Shown here: piece after piece, positions 39,884 to 53,813 of the stretch
Position numbering within the stretch: position 1 is the stretch's first letter
Layout: every line of letters starts with the position of its first letter
DNA from: Octopus vulgaris
Taxonomy: Eukaryota
NCBI GenBank assembly: GCA_951406725.2
Contig: OX597820.1
Location: forward strand, 64,232,001 to 64,296,000
DNA length: 64,000 nucleotides
Direction: 5' to 3'
Program-made: the position numbers and the translations under genes
Notes under the pieces: model-generated
What the model saw: only the letters and a program-made list of their open reading frames with translations
The model's database searches: none
What the model was told of the DNA's origin: nothing

Positions 39884-40530
39884 CATCATCATTCTTCTTC
39901 TTGTTCTTCTTCTTGTTCTTGTTCTTCTTCTCGTTCCTCTTCTTCTTATTATTAATAATTACTTTTAATTTTCATGTTAGTAATAATCACCTGACGAGAC
40001 ACACCCAGGGTCTTAAGGCGAGTGAAGGATAAGAGATGTTACAGTATGACTGTAAATTTGGGGAGATGAAATGGCAGGGACAGTGGCGAAATATCTTCAT
40101 GTAATACATTTAAATTGGTAGGATTTTTCAAAGGATGTGGTATTATTATTATTATTATTGTTATTGTTGTTACTAGTGCTGTTGCTGTTGCTATTGTTGT
40201 TGTTGCCATTATTATCACTATTATTTGCAAAGCAAGACTCGAGTGATCATTGGTTACGATTTTCACCACGTCGACCAAGCACGTGGCGTTCCTTTTTCGG
40301 CTCAGCGAAGCGAGTTTCATACGTACTATTACGTAAGTGGATGTTGTGGTAATTATGTGATATTAGTGTTGTAACCGATGCTAAAATTTTCGAATAACAT
40401 CTAGATAATGATAATGTGAATCGGCTAATGTTGAACCGCAGATAATGTACAGGGTAGTTATAATATATACGCAGATATTTACACACTTTGTTAGCGGATA
40501 CTTGTGTATATGGGTATATATTTATGTTTG

Positions 40531-40583
<53 letters not shown>

Positions 40584-40672
40584 GTATGTATGTATATATG
40601 CATACATATTAATATGTGTTTTTACGTATATATTTAAGTATATATATATATGTGTGTGTGTGTGTGTATGTG

Positions 40673-40708
<36 letters not shown>

Positions 40709-41449
40709 TGGGTATGTGTGTATGTATAGATGAATGCATGCATGTGCATATATATGTGTGTATCTATACATATGTTCGTATGTGTGTATGTATGTATAGG
40801 TATGTATGTATACATGTATGTATGCTTGTATACATGTATGTATGCATGCATGCATGTATGTATGCATGCATGCATGCATGTATGTATGCATGCATGTATG
40901 TATGCATGCATGTATGCATGTATGTATATAAGTATAGGTGTGTTCGCTTTTGTGTGATTTTCATTGTGGTCGTATGTATCATTGTGCATTTCATGAATGT
41001 AATAGCATGCATCAGCATGCGCCTATGTGTGTGTGCGCGTGTTTCAAACAGAGGGATAAGAAAGAAGGAAAGAAAGAAAGAAAGAACGAAAGTGAACAGG
41101 AGGGAGAAGGAGAGAAATTACAAATGCAATGTGGGAATTAAATGAAGCCTATCTTAGCATCGTCCGTCTCATTAATGGAGTTTAATGATCGTCAATGTCC
41201 GGTTGGTTATATGTTTGAGACGGAAAGGTAGGAATTAAAGAGATTCAGAGACAAAGAGAGAAAGAGATCGAGAGCAAGGGAAAGAGTGAGAGGAAAAGGA
41301 AGTGTGTGAGGAGGATGTGTGGCTATCTATGCATTTAAACATGTATGCATGTCTATATACATACATTCACTATATCTATCTGTCTATCTGTTCATCTGTG
41401 TGTCTATCTCTCTCATTCTCTCGAAATCTGTCTGTCTCTCCCTATATCG

Positions 41450-41515
<66 letters not shown>

Positions 41516-41623
41516 ATGTCTGTCTATCTATCTATTTATCTCTCTCTCCCTCTCTCTCTCTATATATATATGCAAATATATTTATACTATATATATATAT
41601 GTATATATATGCATATATATTTA

Positions 41624-41657
<34 letters not shown>

Positions 41658-41719
41658 AGAGAGAGGGGGAGAGAGAGTGATAGATACACAGATAGATAGC
41701 TAGATAAATTGATAGATAT

Positions 41720-41791
<72 letters not shown>

Positions 41792-42189
41792 GTATGTTTA
41801 TAGAATGCTAGAGATATGGTGTACATATGCAGTGAACATTTCAGAATATAAAGGAGACTGGATAAAGACGAAGAACCGAAAATGGACAAATCAACAAACA
41901 AAAGTAGTAAATAAATAAATACATATGTGAAACAATGAATAAAGAAGAGGAAAAAAAGACAGACACAATGTCCATTGCAAGGAAAGTGTTACGGAAAATA
42001 AAAGAACAGAATATATTGTTGATCAACGAAGTAGAAAAAGAGAAGAAATAAAGACGGGGCTTAATAGAGAAGGAAGAAAGAAACAATGAGATTGAGAAAA
42101 GGAGAAAGAAATTAAAGGAGTGAGCAGAGTTGAAGTATATGTGCGTACTGTTTGAAGGTTAAAAGACATTGATGCATAGCCACATCTAT

Positions 42190-42860
42190 AGATTCCAAAT
42201 TTTAGCAAAGGATCAGCAATTTTGTGGTGGAACGGGGAAGTAAGTCGTTTACATCGAACCCAGTGTTCATCTGGTATTTCTTCTATCGACCATGAAGGGA
42301 TGAATGGCAAAGCCGATCTCGGTGAAATTTGAACTCAAAACGTAATGACGGACGAAAATCCTCTTAGTGTTTTGCCCGGCGTGATAAGGATTCTCCCGGC
42401 TGAGCGCCGTATCTATGCATATACTGGTTTCAAATTTTGACACAAGGCTAGCAATTTCAAGTGGGGTGGGGGCTCTGTCACACAGACACTAGTGCATAGC
42501 TGTTACTTATTTTATCGACCCCAAAGAATGAAAGGCAAAGTTGACCTCGGCAGAACTCAGAACACAAAGACAGGCGAACTGCCGCTAACTTTTCTGCCCA
42601 GCATGCTAACGATTCAGCCATATTGATACTTTACATATGCATATATTGGCTTCAAATTTTGGCACAAGGCCAGCAAATTTGGGGGAGGGGTTAGTAGATT
42701 GCACCGACCGCAGTGCTTATCTGGTACTTATCATATTGAACTCCGAAAGGAAGAAGTGCAAAGTCGATCTTGCTAGAATTTGGCCTCAGAACTTCAAAAC
42801 GTTCGAAATACCGCTATGGCATTTTTGCTTGATGTACTAACAATTATGCCATCTTGTCGT
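42190..42860 (-). mobile_element. Three tandem SINE family B copies (~220-bp period)
   Basis: Each unit starts TT[T/C]CAAATTTT.GCA.AAGG..AGCAA.TT on the plus strand (~42193, ~42426, ~42648). Confidence 0.75.
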
Positions 42861-43029
42861 CTTTTATATACATATATAGAGGAGAAGAGCAGAAAATAAA
42901 AGAAAGATCGGAATACAGCGGGCAGAAAGAATGAAGTGTGTATTATGGAAAGAGGGGAAGATGAAAACGTACAAAGAGAGAACGTTTAAAAGATACTAAT
43001 TCTAAAAAGAGAAAGATCGGAAGAAACAT

Positions 43030-43079
<50 letters not shown>

Positions 43080-45775
43080 CAGACAGGCAGACAGAAAGAC
43101 AGAACGACAAAGACACAAACAGGGAAAGTAAGGGAAGGAGGGATAATATGGGAGATCATTGTAGAAATATATATATTCCTTGTTTATCACGGGTATTTGG
43201 TAAAAAAAGAAAAAGAAACATCGTGTTGAATAAATCAGTGGAGAATATGACATAGGAAAAATAGGTTTCGTTCCGAGATCCCAAGTTGTTTTCTGCACTG
43301 TTGACGGCATCTGGGTCGATCTTTTGTGGTTTGATCACCATCTTTGAATGATCGCCGACCCCTGTTATCACAAATCAATCCGCGTTAAACGTAACACGGT
43401 TTACAATGAAGATACCGCGTTGTCGTTGATCAGTAATGAATGAATCAAACGTAAACAATTAGAATAGAAAATATGTTCCTGCAATAGAAAAACAGAAGAC
43501 AAACAAGTATAATAAAGTTATGCTGTAGAAAGAATGCAGAAGAGAAAGAATATAGTATAGTGGGAATTAAGTATTAGAAGAGACATTTATAGGCGTAAGT
43601 ACTTAGGTAGCACTTTACTTTATCGAACTTAAAGGGATAAATCACAAAACTGACTTCGACAGGATTTGAAATCAGACTGTAAAGACCCGGAACAAATGCC
43701 GAAAAAAAGACATGGCTTCTACACGACGCTGACTCGTTTCTACCAATCCGGACTTAACAGGATAGAAGGTTTTTAAAAATGGAATATAGTAAATTGCATT
43801 AGGGGAGTTAAAAAAAGAAACTACATGTATAATACAGAGTGAGGGAGAGAGAGGGAGAGAGAAAGAGAGAGCGGGAGACTTAAGGAATGAAAAGAGGTGT
43901 ATAAGACATATTAAAGAAAGTGACTGTTGTGGAAGATGTAAGGTGGAAAGCGTCTTAGAAAAATAGGTTAAGGCTGAAAAATGTAAAGGCAGATAATATA
44001 TTATTGTTAAAAAGAACAGAGAGGTAGCGAGAGGGAGAGAGATAGAGAGTGAGAGAGAGAGAGAGAGAGAGAAGGGGAGAACATGTGGGAGTAAAGAGTA
44101 GAATTGTAGAAAATACAATGGCAAAGAGAAAAGGCATAGAGAGATGAATAACAGAAAAAAATGTATCTGAGAGAGTGAGAAAACGGAATACAATAAAGTG
44201 ACATGAGAGGTATGCAGAGAGAGAAGGAGAGAAAGGGTAATAGAAAGAATGGAGTAGGAAATCTACAAAATAGATTAGAGTGGGAAGGGGAGGTGAAGGA
44301 GATACTAAAGTGAAAGTAAAATAGCGAGAGAAGGAAACATTAAGTAACTATGCTTATAATGTTAAGGTGCATGTTATTTTAAAAGGCGGCTAAATACACA
44401 CTCTTATTCGTTGCCATGGTAAATATTTGCAGTAGCATTTGTTTTTCGATTGCCAAAGTAATCCCACTTAAGATAATGATACAGGAAGTTAGTTAGACAT
44501 CTCTTTACCACCTACCTTCCACTGACTACCAACTGGCATTCCAGGTTAAAGATTTGAAATTCTCACCTTAATTATACAATTCAGCTGATGTAGCTTTGTC
44601 GAATCCTGTAGAGAACTGATTGTAGGGATATTATAATATGGAGAAACTGAACGGAACTGTACACGGAATACAAATATGCATGTAATTACCAACATGCTGA
44701 ACAAACAACGAGGTAACCTCTTCGAGAATGCTTGATCTGTTAGAAGAAATAGCCTAAAACCTCGGTTTATTGTTTCCTTTTTTTAAAGCTCATCTATCTG
44801 ATATCTTTTATCATTTACTACTTTCAGTTATAGCTCATACTGGAGCACCATCTTGAAAGGTATAGTCAAACAAATCAACCCATTACTTTCTTAATGGTTT
44901 GTTCTTTGTTCTTATTCTAGCGATTTCTTCTTGCAGAACCACGAACTTATGGGTAACCTAAAGAAACTGACATCGGTTGCCAAGTAGTAGGGTAGGACAG
45001 GTGCAAACTCTAAAATGCTCACATATTATGGTTCCTAATAAGCGTTACTAATATAGTCATGAAGCCACAAAGTTGTAGGGAAGGACCCTAATCAATTGAA
45101 TTAAACTGTGTTCAACTGGTGACATTCGGGGAGGATATTATGTAAAGTTGATTTCGGCGATATGCAATTTCAACAGATGTCCCGACTCTAAAAGGAATGT
45201 ACCAAACTGCTGTGTTATATCTTGGTTAATAATGATTTAAAATATCAAACTGAAATCAATAAATTTTTGTGAGGGAACTGATTCTTTGAAGGATAGTAAA
45301 GGAAACATATCATGACAGTATTTGAATTTTGAATAGGATGAAATGAAATATTGGTGGGCACATGAAGCGCGGGGAAAAAATGCTGGTAATGACTTTCTTT
45401 GACGCGCTGTCTGTTCAGCTATCACACCATATATATATATATATATATATATATAGGGACGACAGAAAAATATTTACAAGGAATAATATAGAACCGGAAG
45501 GTCCACTATATATTGTCCACAATTTCAGCAACGACACAAAGAGCATAGGGTCAGACAAATATACCCAAACGGGCTTTAAAAGTTGTTAAATAACTAGCAT
45601 CTAGAATGTGGAATTAAAGACTTCTTCGGATATTCTTCATTGGTGTTCTTTTCAGTTTCTGTCTACCAATTCTACTCACAAGGCTTTGGCCGGCCCGATC
45701 CTATAGTAGTAGACACTGAACCCTGTACCATGTAGTTGGTAAGCAAGCTAATTACCACACAGCCGCTCCTGCGTC

Positions 45776-45857
<82 letters not shown>

Positions 45858-45860
<3 letters not shown>

Positions 45861-46093
45861 TAGTTTTATTTTTATTTTTATAGCGTGCTTTCACTTCACT
45901 ACCGAGCGCAGCTCTGTGTGCCTTGGGTATGTGCTGTGATTTGTTGCGATGCTCTGATGGTTATTGTATGGAAAGTGTTCTGCGTAGGATGTGTGGAGTG
46001 CCTAGTAGTGCAATTTTCTGTATGTTATATGTGTTTGTAAGTCCTGGTGTTTTTGTTATGTATTTGTCTGAATATTTTTTTATCATGCCTAAT
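45858..46093 (-). mobile_element. Young 5'-truncated R4/Dong-like LINE 3' end in (TAA)n
   Basis: LGMIKKYSDKYITKTPGLTNTYNIQKIALLGTPHILRRTLSIQ*, flanked by TTA repeats on both sides. Confidence 0.8.
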
Positions 46094-46131
46094 TTTTATT
46101 ATTATTAATATTATTATTATTATTATTATTA

Positions 46132-46345
46132 AGGCTGCGAGCTGGTAGAATCGTTAGCACATCGGGCAAAATGCTTAGACGGCATTTCGTCCGTCTATAC
46201 GACCTGAGCTTATATTCTATCACGGTCGACTTTGCCTTTGATTCTTTCGAGGGCTAAAAAGTAAGTAGTAGTGAAGCATTGGGTTCGATGTAATCGTCTA
46301 GTTTCATCCCCGCAAATTTCAGGCCTCGTGTCTTTTCCAGAAACA
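46132..46345 (+). mobile_element. SINE family B copy
   Basis: GGCTGCGAGCTGGTAGAATCGTTAGCAC..GGTCGACTTTGCCTTT. Confidence 0.8.
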
Positions 46346-46419
46346 CATAATTCTTCTTCTTCTTCTTCTTCTTCTTCTTCTTCTTCTTCTTCTTCTTCTT
46401 CTTCTTCTTCTTCTTCTTC

Positions 46420-46496
<77 letters not shown>

Positions 46497-46509
46497 TGTT
46501 ATTAATATT

Positions 46510-47045
46510 ACAACTATTTCTTATTATCAGATGTTTCGTTGGATCTCCTGGAGTCTTACATACGTAGCGGGCTTGCTACCTGCACATGCTATTCATTCTT
46601 TTCAGTTATCTGGTACCTTTCTAAATTATTCTGGCCGTGACAGGGAGGCAAACATTTTGTAATAGTTCTACTGGGCACTCTATTCCGATTTCTATTATAT
46701 ACTCCTTGACGCCTTCTCATACTGTTCCCAAAGAGCCAACAATAATTAGCACTATCTTCACATTCTTAAGGTTGTATTCATTTATCGATCTTTCCTTATT
46801 GACTATTTCTGCGTCAAAGTGGCATGCAACATCAACCACATAGCATATGTGTTGCATGTTGTCCACCACTAGGTCTGGTCTGCTATGTTCTAGCATCTTA
46901 TGTGTTTAGATTGGGAAATCCCACAGGATTTTGCTAGTCTCCGACTTCACCGCTCTCTGCAGTTTGTGCTCGTATCACGTCTAGCTTCTCTCTAGCCCAC
47001 AGTTTCTAATGTAGGACTTTCGCTACATGATAGTGTCGCCACAAC
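46510..47045 (-). mobile_element. Decayed R4/Dong-like LINE 3' end
   Basis: YEHKLQRAVKSETSKILWDFPI..LEHSRPDLVV..CYVVDVAC..IIVGSLGTV (RLE PD-D motif), followed by (TAA)n on the minus strand. Confidence 0.8.
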
Positions 47046-47224
47046 TTGTATTCGTTTTGGGCAAGCCTAGGGCATTCGTTCGTGATATAGGCAATAGTTT
47101 CATCCACTCTAATTCAGTTGCAGCACTGCGTAGACACTTACTCATTCATAAGGTTGACAATTCAGTTCGTGGCAAAAGCTTGGTCCTGCGCTTGTTTTTT
47201 GTTGTCATTATCATCAGCTGTTCG

Positions 47225-48358
47225 CTACCAGTAAACTAAGGCAACACCCCTTATTTTTCGAGCAGCATCCAGAGTATTCGAGCGGTTCCAAGCAGTGTTG
47301 TTTTCTGCAAATGCTACACCCTTATTGCAGCCCTTTTTGTTCTATGTACTTTTGAAGATTTTTACTCATTGTTCCCATGGCTCCGACAAATATTGGTACC
47401 ACTACCACCTTTTTCATCGACCACAACTGCTTATCCCCCCAAGCTAACCTGTTATATCTATCGATATCCTTCCTTATCGCATACCTTGTTGTCAGCTGGG
47501 CATGCTATATCTATGATCCAGCATTGCATGTTTTCTTTCTCAATTAACACAATGTCTGGTTTTCTGTCCCCGTACTGAATCATAAAGTCCGATAGGATTT
47601 TTGCCTTACCATTTTTGATGATGCCTTTGGGTTTATATTCGTACAACTTTTTGCTCTGTCAAATGCATACTTGTTGCAAAGTGTCCAATGTATAATCCAT
47701 GCTATATTTTATGACGTCTCTTATATTGTTTGGGGACTAGTGGCGTACAATGACTGGTAATACGCAATAACGTTTCACCATTTTGTCCACAAATTCTGCA
47801 CTTATCACTTTCTGATGTGTTGTCAATTCTGTATTTCATGTAATTGGTTCTTAATGCTTGCTCTTGGGCAGCAAAGATTAGGGCCTCTGTTTCCGGTTTT
47901 AAATCACTTTTAGTCATCCATAGCCATCTATTTTCTCTGTCTTCTTTTGAATATCCCTATGAAATTGTCCATGCATTTTTTCTTCATCCACCTATTTTTA
48001 GTTTAATTCATTCCCAGTGCTTTATCTTTGCAATCTTTTATCCTACACAAGCCTGGCCGTCTTGTTTCCAGTAGGAGTGGTTCTGCGGCATTTTTTGCAT
48101 ACCAAGCTATGCTGTTTTCTTCGGCTATAATGCTGTGTTTGTATCTAATGAGTCTTAGTCCTCCTATTTTACTTTGTACTTAGAGTCTCTCCGTGTCACA
48201 TTTTGAGTGGCGTGACCCATATCTAGTCAGAAACTTCCTTGCCTTTCTGTCTAAGCTTTTTTAGTTCCTCTCCTGTCCATGCGATTACACTTGCTCCATA
48301 TCTAAGGAGTGAAACTACTGAGGTGTTGATAGCTCCAATCTTATTCCGCCCGTTGAGA
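47225..48358 (-). mobile_element. Decayed R4/Dong-like LINE, post-RT region to 3' end
   Basis: LNGRNKIGAINT, ETEALIFAAQEQALRTN, CRICGQNGET..I.SHC..YKRRH (CCHC), RKPDIVLIEK..IIDIACP, LQKTTLLGTARIL. Confidence 0.9.
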
Positions 48359-48373
48359 TTCTTCTTCTTCTTC

Positions 48374-48405
<32 letters not shown>

Positions 48406-48447
48406 CTTCTTCTTCTTCTTCTTCTTCTTCTTCTTCTTCTTCTTCTT

Positions 48448-48537
<90 letters not shown>

Positions 48538-48652
48538 TATAGTATTAAAAGTAGTAGTAATAGTAGTAGTAAGAGCATCAGCAGCAGCAGTAATAGTAGT
48601 AGTGGTAGTAGTAACAGTAGCAGCCGCAGAAGCAGCAGCAGCAGCAGTAGTG

Positions 48653-48723
<71 letters not shown>

Positions 48724-48733
48724 TGTAGTAGTA
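48358..48733. repeat. (TTC)n(TTA)n(GCA)n(GTA)n compound microsatellite
   Basis: Read directly. Confidence 0.95.
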
Positions 48734-48934
48734 GATCATCAAATTTGAGCTAATAGTTGATACAATGCAGCCTGGAACTTGACTAGAACTATTTTATCGA
48801 ACTTGGCGTGATGAAGGGCAAAGCTGACCTACCGAAATCATAGAAGAAGATGGCAGCAGGCTAGTTATTGAAAGTGCCGAATCAAAGAACCGTTTCATTC
48901 CCATCCAAGTCGCAATGTAACATCTGGTCCGTTT

Positions 48935-49080
48935 TGGTGAGGTCTCGTTGTCAGGATATTGAAATCACAAATACAACTGTTTCGATTTCCGGTACGGGTG
49001 GTGTGCTGTTTCCTTGAACAAGGCACTTCACTTCATGTTGTACCAGTCCAACTTGCAAAAAATTCGTACTTGACTAGTGC
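48935..49080 (+). mobile_element. Decayed SINE family C copy
   Basis: GTTTCGATTTCCGG..GTGTGCTGTTTCCTTGAACAAGGCACTT..TGTACCAGTCCA, comparable to 13675-13760. Confidence 0.5.
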
Positions 49081-50271
49081 TGGTGATACATGCCCTCCTT
49101 CCAACTATAACATTCTCGACGCTCTACAGTGTCAAGGAATTCGAGAGCTTAAAGGGTATTTATGTTTGCACGCATCTACATGAGCGTCGAAAACTCTTTG
49201 TCACGTCATTATGTGCTTTCAAAGGACACTTATATTTTATTAGACTAAAAACAGTTTGCCAAGCAAAACTGTCAGATATCTTGACAAAGCAATTTTATAG
49301 AACTACGCGAGGACTATATAGAAATAAAACAGATATTTTCCCGTTACATTTATAATATTTATGGTTTTATTTAAATAACTTGTAATATAATCGTTGCAAA
49401 AGTGCAACCCAATTTTATATTAACTAATCTATAAACACACCACTCCAAGACAAAACACAATTATGTGTATGTGTGTATATATATGTATGTATAGGGGTGT
49501 ATGTATATATGTGGATTTCTGTGCGTATACATATGTAAATTATGGAATATAAAGTGCAACCGAAAATAGAAGGTAAGAAAATGTAATAAGAAGCAGAAAA
49601 GTACATGCATATATACATAAATAATTACATACCTACACATATATATCTAAGCGTATGTGAGCATGTGTATTTTGTATGTGTGTGTGTGTGTGTGTATACA
49701 TGGAAACATTCAAATTGGTGTGCATACTATATATGTATATGGATGTGCGTGCGTATGTTTTCGTGTGTTAGTGTGTATGTATGTATGTATGTATGTATGT
49801 ATGTATGTATGTATGTAGGCAGGCATGAGTGTGTATGTATTATCTACATGTATAATCTTGAAACAACAGATTTTACATATTTACTAAGAAATATTTCGAC
49901 TCAGAAATAATTTTGAAAAGATATTCGCAGAATATTTCAAGGAATAAAAGAAAACAATGGAATATTTGATGAGTATATATTCGGGAGTATGTCAGCAGAG
50001 TGAATATGTGTGTAATGGTGTATTTTGTTGTGTACCTGAGTGTCTGTAATGTATATAAATATATAATTTACATACATGTACATATACACGAATACATACA
50101 TGCATATATATATATATAAATTAAAATTCAGATTCAGATAGAATCAGGTATTTGAAAAAATTACCAACTGGTAGTGTTGGATAAATCTGTTCCAGCGTAT
50201 GGTTAGTAAGTATCAAATAAGATATTCCGGTTGTGTACAAAGAGAAAACCAAGTCTATGAGTATTTAGCGC

Positions 50272-52230
50272 CTAGGGCGGGAGTGGGCAAACCCTGGCAC
50301 GTATACCACACATAGCACGCCAATAATTTGTTTTTGTCAGGTGAAGGCCTCTCTCTACTAACCCTTCATTTAACGACTTCCTTTAAGTAGTATATAGCGA
50401 CTTTTTATTGCTCAGATACGTTTACATTAAAAATTAGCCTTGTATTTATTTAATGATCTCCTCCCAGACCAACCAATGTTTTGGTTTCAGCCTCCACTAA
50501 TAGTATTGGTTTGGCAACTAAGTTCCCGCAAATGGTATTGGGTTGGCAACTAAGTTCCCGCCGTTTTAGTATACTTTTGAATTGATTGCATTTTTAAATT
50601 TTAGAATCTATTTTTTGCGAGACTTCTATCTTTGATTCATTTTTTTCTAGTTAATTTTAGTTAATTTTTGTTTCTGTTCAGATCATTAAAATGGAATGTG
50701 TAGTGAAGAAAAACGAGCATTTTCGACACCTCCTTATTTTTGCTTTTAATCAAGGTTCTAAGGCAGCAAAACTGCACGTGACATTTGTGCTGTGTATGGA
50801 GAGGGTGCTATAGCTGAGAAAACTGCTCGTAATTGGTATGCCAAGTTCAAAATAGAAATTCTGACCTCAAAGACACATCTCGTTCTGGTCATCCAGTTGA
50901 GTTCGATGAAGAGCGATTAAATCAACTTTTGCACGAAAATTCTCGTCAATCGACAAGGGAACTGGCAGAGAAAATAGAATGTTCCCACACTGCTATAGAG
51001 AAGCATCTTCATTCGATGAGAAATGTACAGAAGTATAGAGCGTGTGTTCCGCATGCTTTAAGTGACAACAACAAAACTCAACGAGCCACAATCTCCGCTG
51101 GTGTGCTTGCTCGTCACTGGTCAACTCATGGACAAAAGCAATGATTTCTGTACCGAATCGTTACTGGCGACGAAAAACGGTCACTGTATATCAATATGAA
51201 GCAGCGTAAGGAATGGTTTAGCCCCGGTAAAGAAGCCACACCGCGCGTGAAACAGATCTTCATCTACGTAAAACGATGTTGTGCGTATGGTGGGACTGGG
51301 AAGGGATTATCCATTACGAATTGCTTGAACGGAACCAAACGGTCAAAGCGGAACTCTATGTCCAACAGATGGAACGACTCAACACGGCTATTCAAGAGAA
51401 AAGAACTAATCGGTAGCATGGAGTTCTTCTACTGCACGACAACGCCCCTCATATCGTCAATATGGCCAAGGAAGCCATTCAAACGCATGGCTGGGAAGTG
51501 CTGCCACACCCTCTGTACTCTCCTGATTTGGCACCAACGTATTTCCACTTCTTTCTATCTCTTTCAAATGCTATGCGCCGTGTTTCGTTCAATACTGATG
51601 CAGAATTGAGAGCTTAGTAGGATCAATTTTCCGAGTCGAAATCGGGTGATATCTACCAACGTGGTATTGAAAATCTTGTTAAACATTGGGAAGAAGTTGT
51701 AAACAACAAGGGTGAATACGTTATTGACTAATTAATTGTTATTTTTTGTTAAATCTTTTTAAAAATTAAAATACAGAAAAACGACAGGAACTTAGTTGCC
51801 AACCCAATACTTATTCAAAATTTCTCTCGATGTGTGTTACAGCAGTGACGTCATTATGCCGTATTCTTGCAGAATGAGGTAGAATCTGCGTATAAAGGGC
51901 AGAAAATGTACAACAATATTCGAAGGCTTAGCTGAGGTTTGCTTCTAAAACAATTTGTTGAGTACTTAAATGAGATAAAGCTCCTTTTGAATGCACAACA
52001 TGTTTCGCATCGAGAATTGTTTGACATTTTATAGATTTGTAAACTGGTTTTTTTTAAAGTTTTTCGTGAACGTTTCAGTGACTTGAATGTTAAATTAAAT
52101 GGTTCTGGTAAGACACTTGATGTTATGCTTGGTTACAGAAAGGCTTTTGAAATGAAATTAGAAGCGTTTAAGAGGGATGTGAACAATGAAAGACTTAGAT
52201 ATTTCTCAAACCTAAAAGGGTACATACAGC
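50272..52230 (+). mobile_element. Decayed hAT (Buster/SPIN-like) transposon interrupted by a mariner
   Basis: TIR-like CTAGGGCGGGAGTGGGCAAAC at 50272. 51865-52220 translates MYNNIRRLS*GLLLKQFVEYLNEI..DLNVKLNG..AFEMKL..F..YF.NL (cf. VRWLSRG..L.RF..LN.KLQG). Confidence 0.7.
50538..51807 (+). mobile_element. Full-length (1270 bp) mariner (DD34D), transposase inactivated
   Basis: TIRs TTGGGTTGGCAACTAAGTTCC and GGAACTTAGTTGCCAACCCAA with TA flanks. Transposase ~50691-51731 has RSGHP, VPHAL, IVTGDEK, HDNA and YSPDLAP, plus stops and frameshifts. Confidence 0.95.
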
Positions 52231-52399
52231 AGGGATATGGCTGAAGCCTGACAGGACGAATTATGCATTGGGAAAATGACTAACAAAGATGACTGTTGAA
52301 GTTAACAATATAGTTCGTGAATGTGTGTAATATGATATCTAAGGTTTTAACCAAACCGGGTGAGAATGGGAATTTGCTAGAAAAGTCCTTAGGTAGGCT

Positions 52400-52915
<516 letters not shown>

Positions 52916-53019
52916 ACATATATTTACAAGTAATTTGTAAATACATGTATGAATTCGTTTTTCTATACATTCATATCAATATGTGCGTATCTATGCAAAC
53001 ATGAATATATATGTATATA

Positions 53020-53071
<52 letters not shown>

Positions 53072-53111
53072 CATATATATATATACATATATACATATAT
53101 ATATATGCATG

Positions 53112-53153
<42 letters not shown>

Positions 53154-53758
53154 CATAGTAAGAGAGCGAGAGAGGGAGATAGGAGGAGGAGGAGGAGGAA
53201 AGACCCACAGGCGCAGAGTGACAGGAAGACAAAAAGTAAGGGATTATGGAGTTTGACAGAGAGACAATTACACTAATATTTCGAGGTAAGAAAAGGTGTA
53301 CGGAATACAACTAAACGCTTATTCATAACAAATTCTAGAGAGATGAGTCTTGTACAAAATAAAGTGAAAGTTTGAAAGGCATTTATTCAGAGTTCTGCTC
53401 ACCAAAAGATTTTTCCTCGGTTGGAAGTTAGAGATCCATTGCTTCGAAACAGAAGTCTTTAGATCAAACATTTCTTTAGAATACATTTTTGCGTTTTACA
53501 TAATTTTCTACATGTGTTTTCTTTTAATCGGAAAAATATAAAAACGGAGAGAATTTGTATGAATTGTAGGGGCATATTCCCCAAAGTGCTCGATTTTACA
53601 TATGCTCTCTCTGAACATATATCTTTACATATAATTATCTATATGTTGATACGAGTAAGCGCGTATGCAAATTTCAAATCCTTGTGAATGCAAACACACA
53701 AATATGCGTACAAGCATAAACAGAAACTTCTGTATGAATATATATACATATATGTATA

Positions 53759-53813
<55 letters not shown>

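Noticed and set aside
43672-44204. 173-aa hydrophobic minus-strand ORF
   Set aside because: Reverse strand of a GA-rich low-complexity tract plus a SINE relic.
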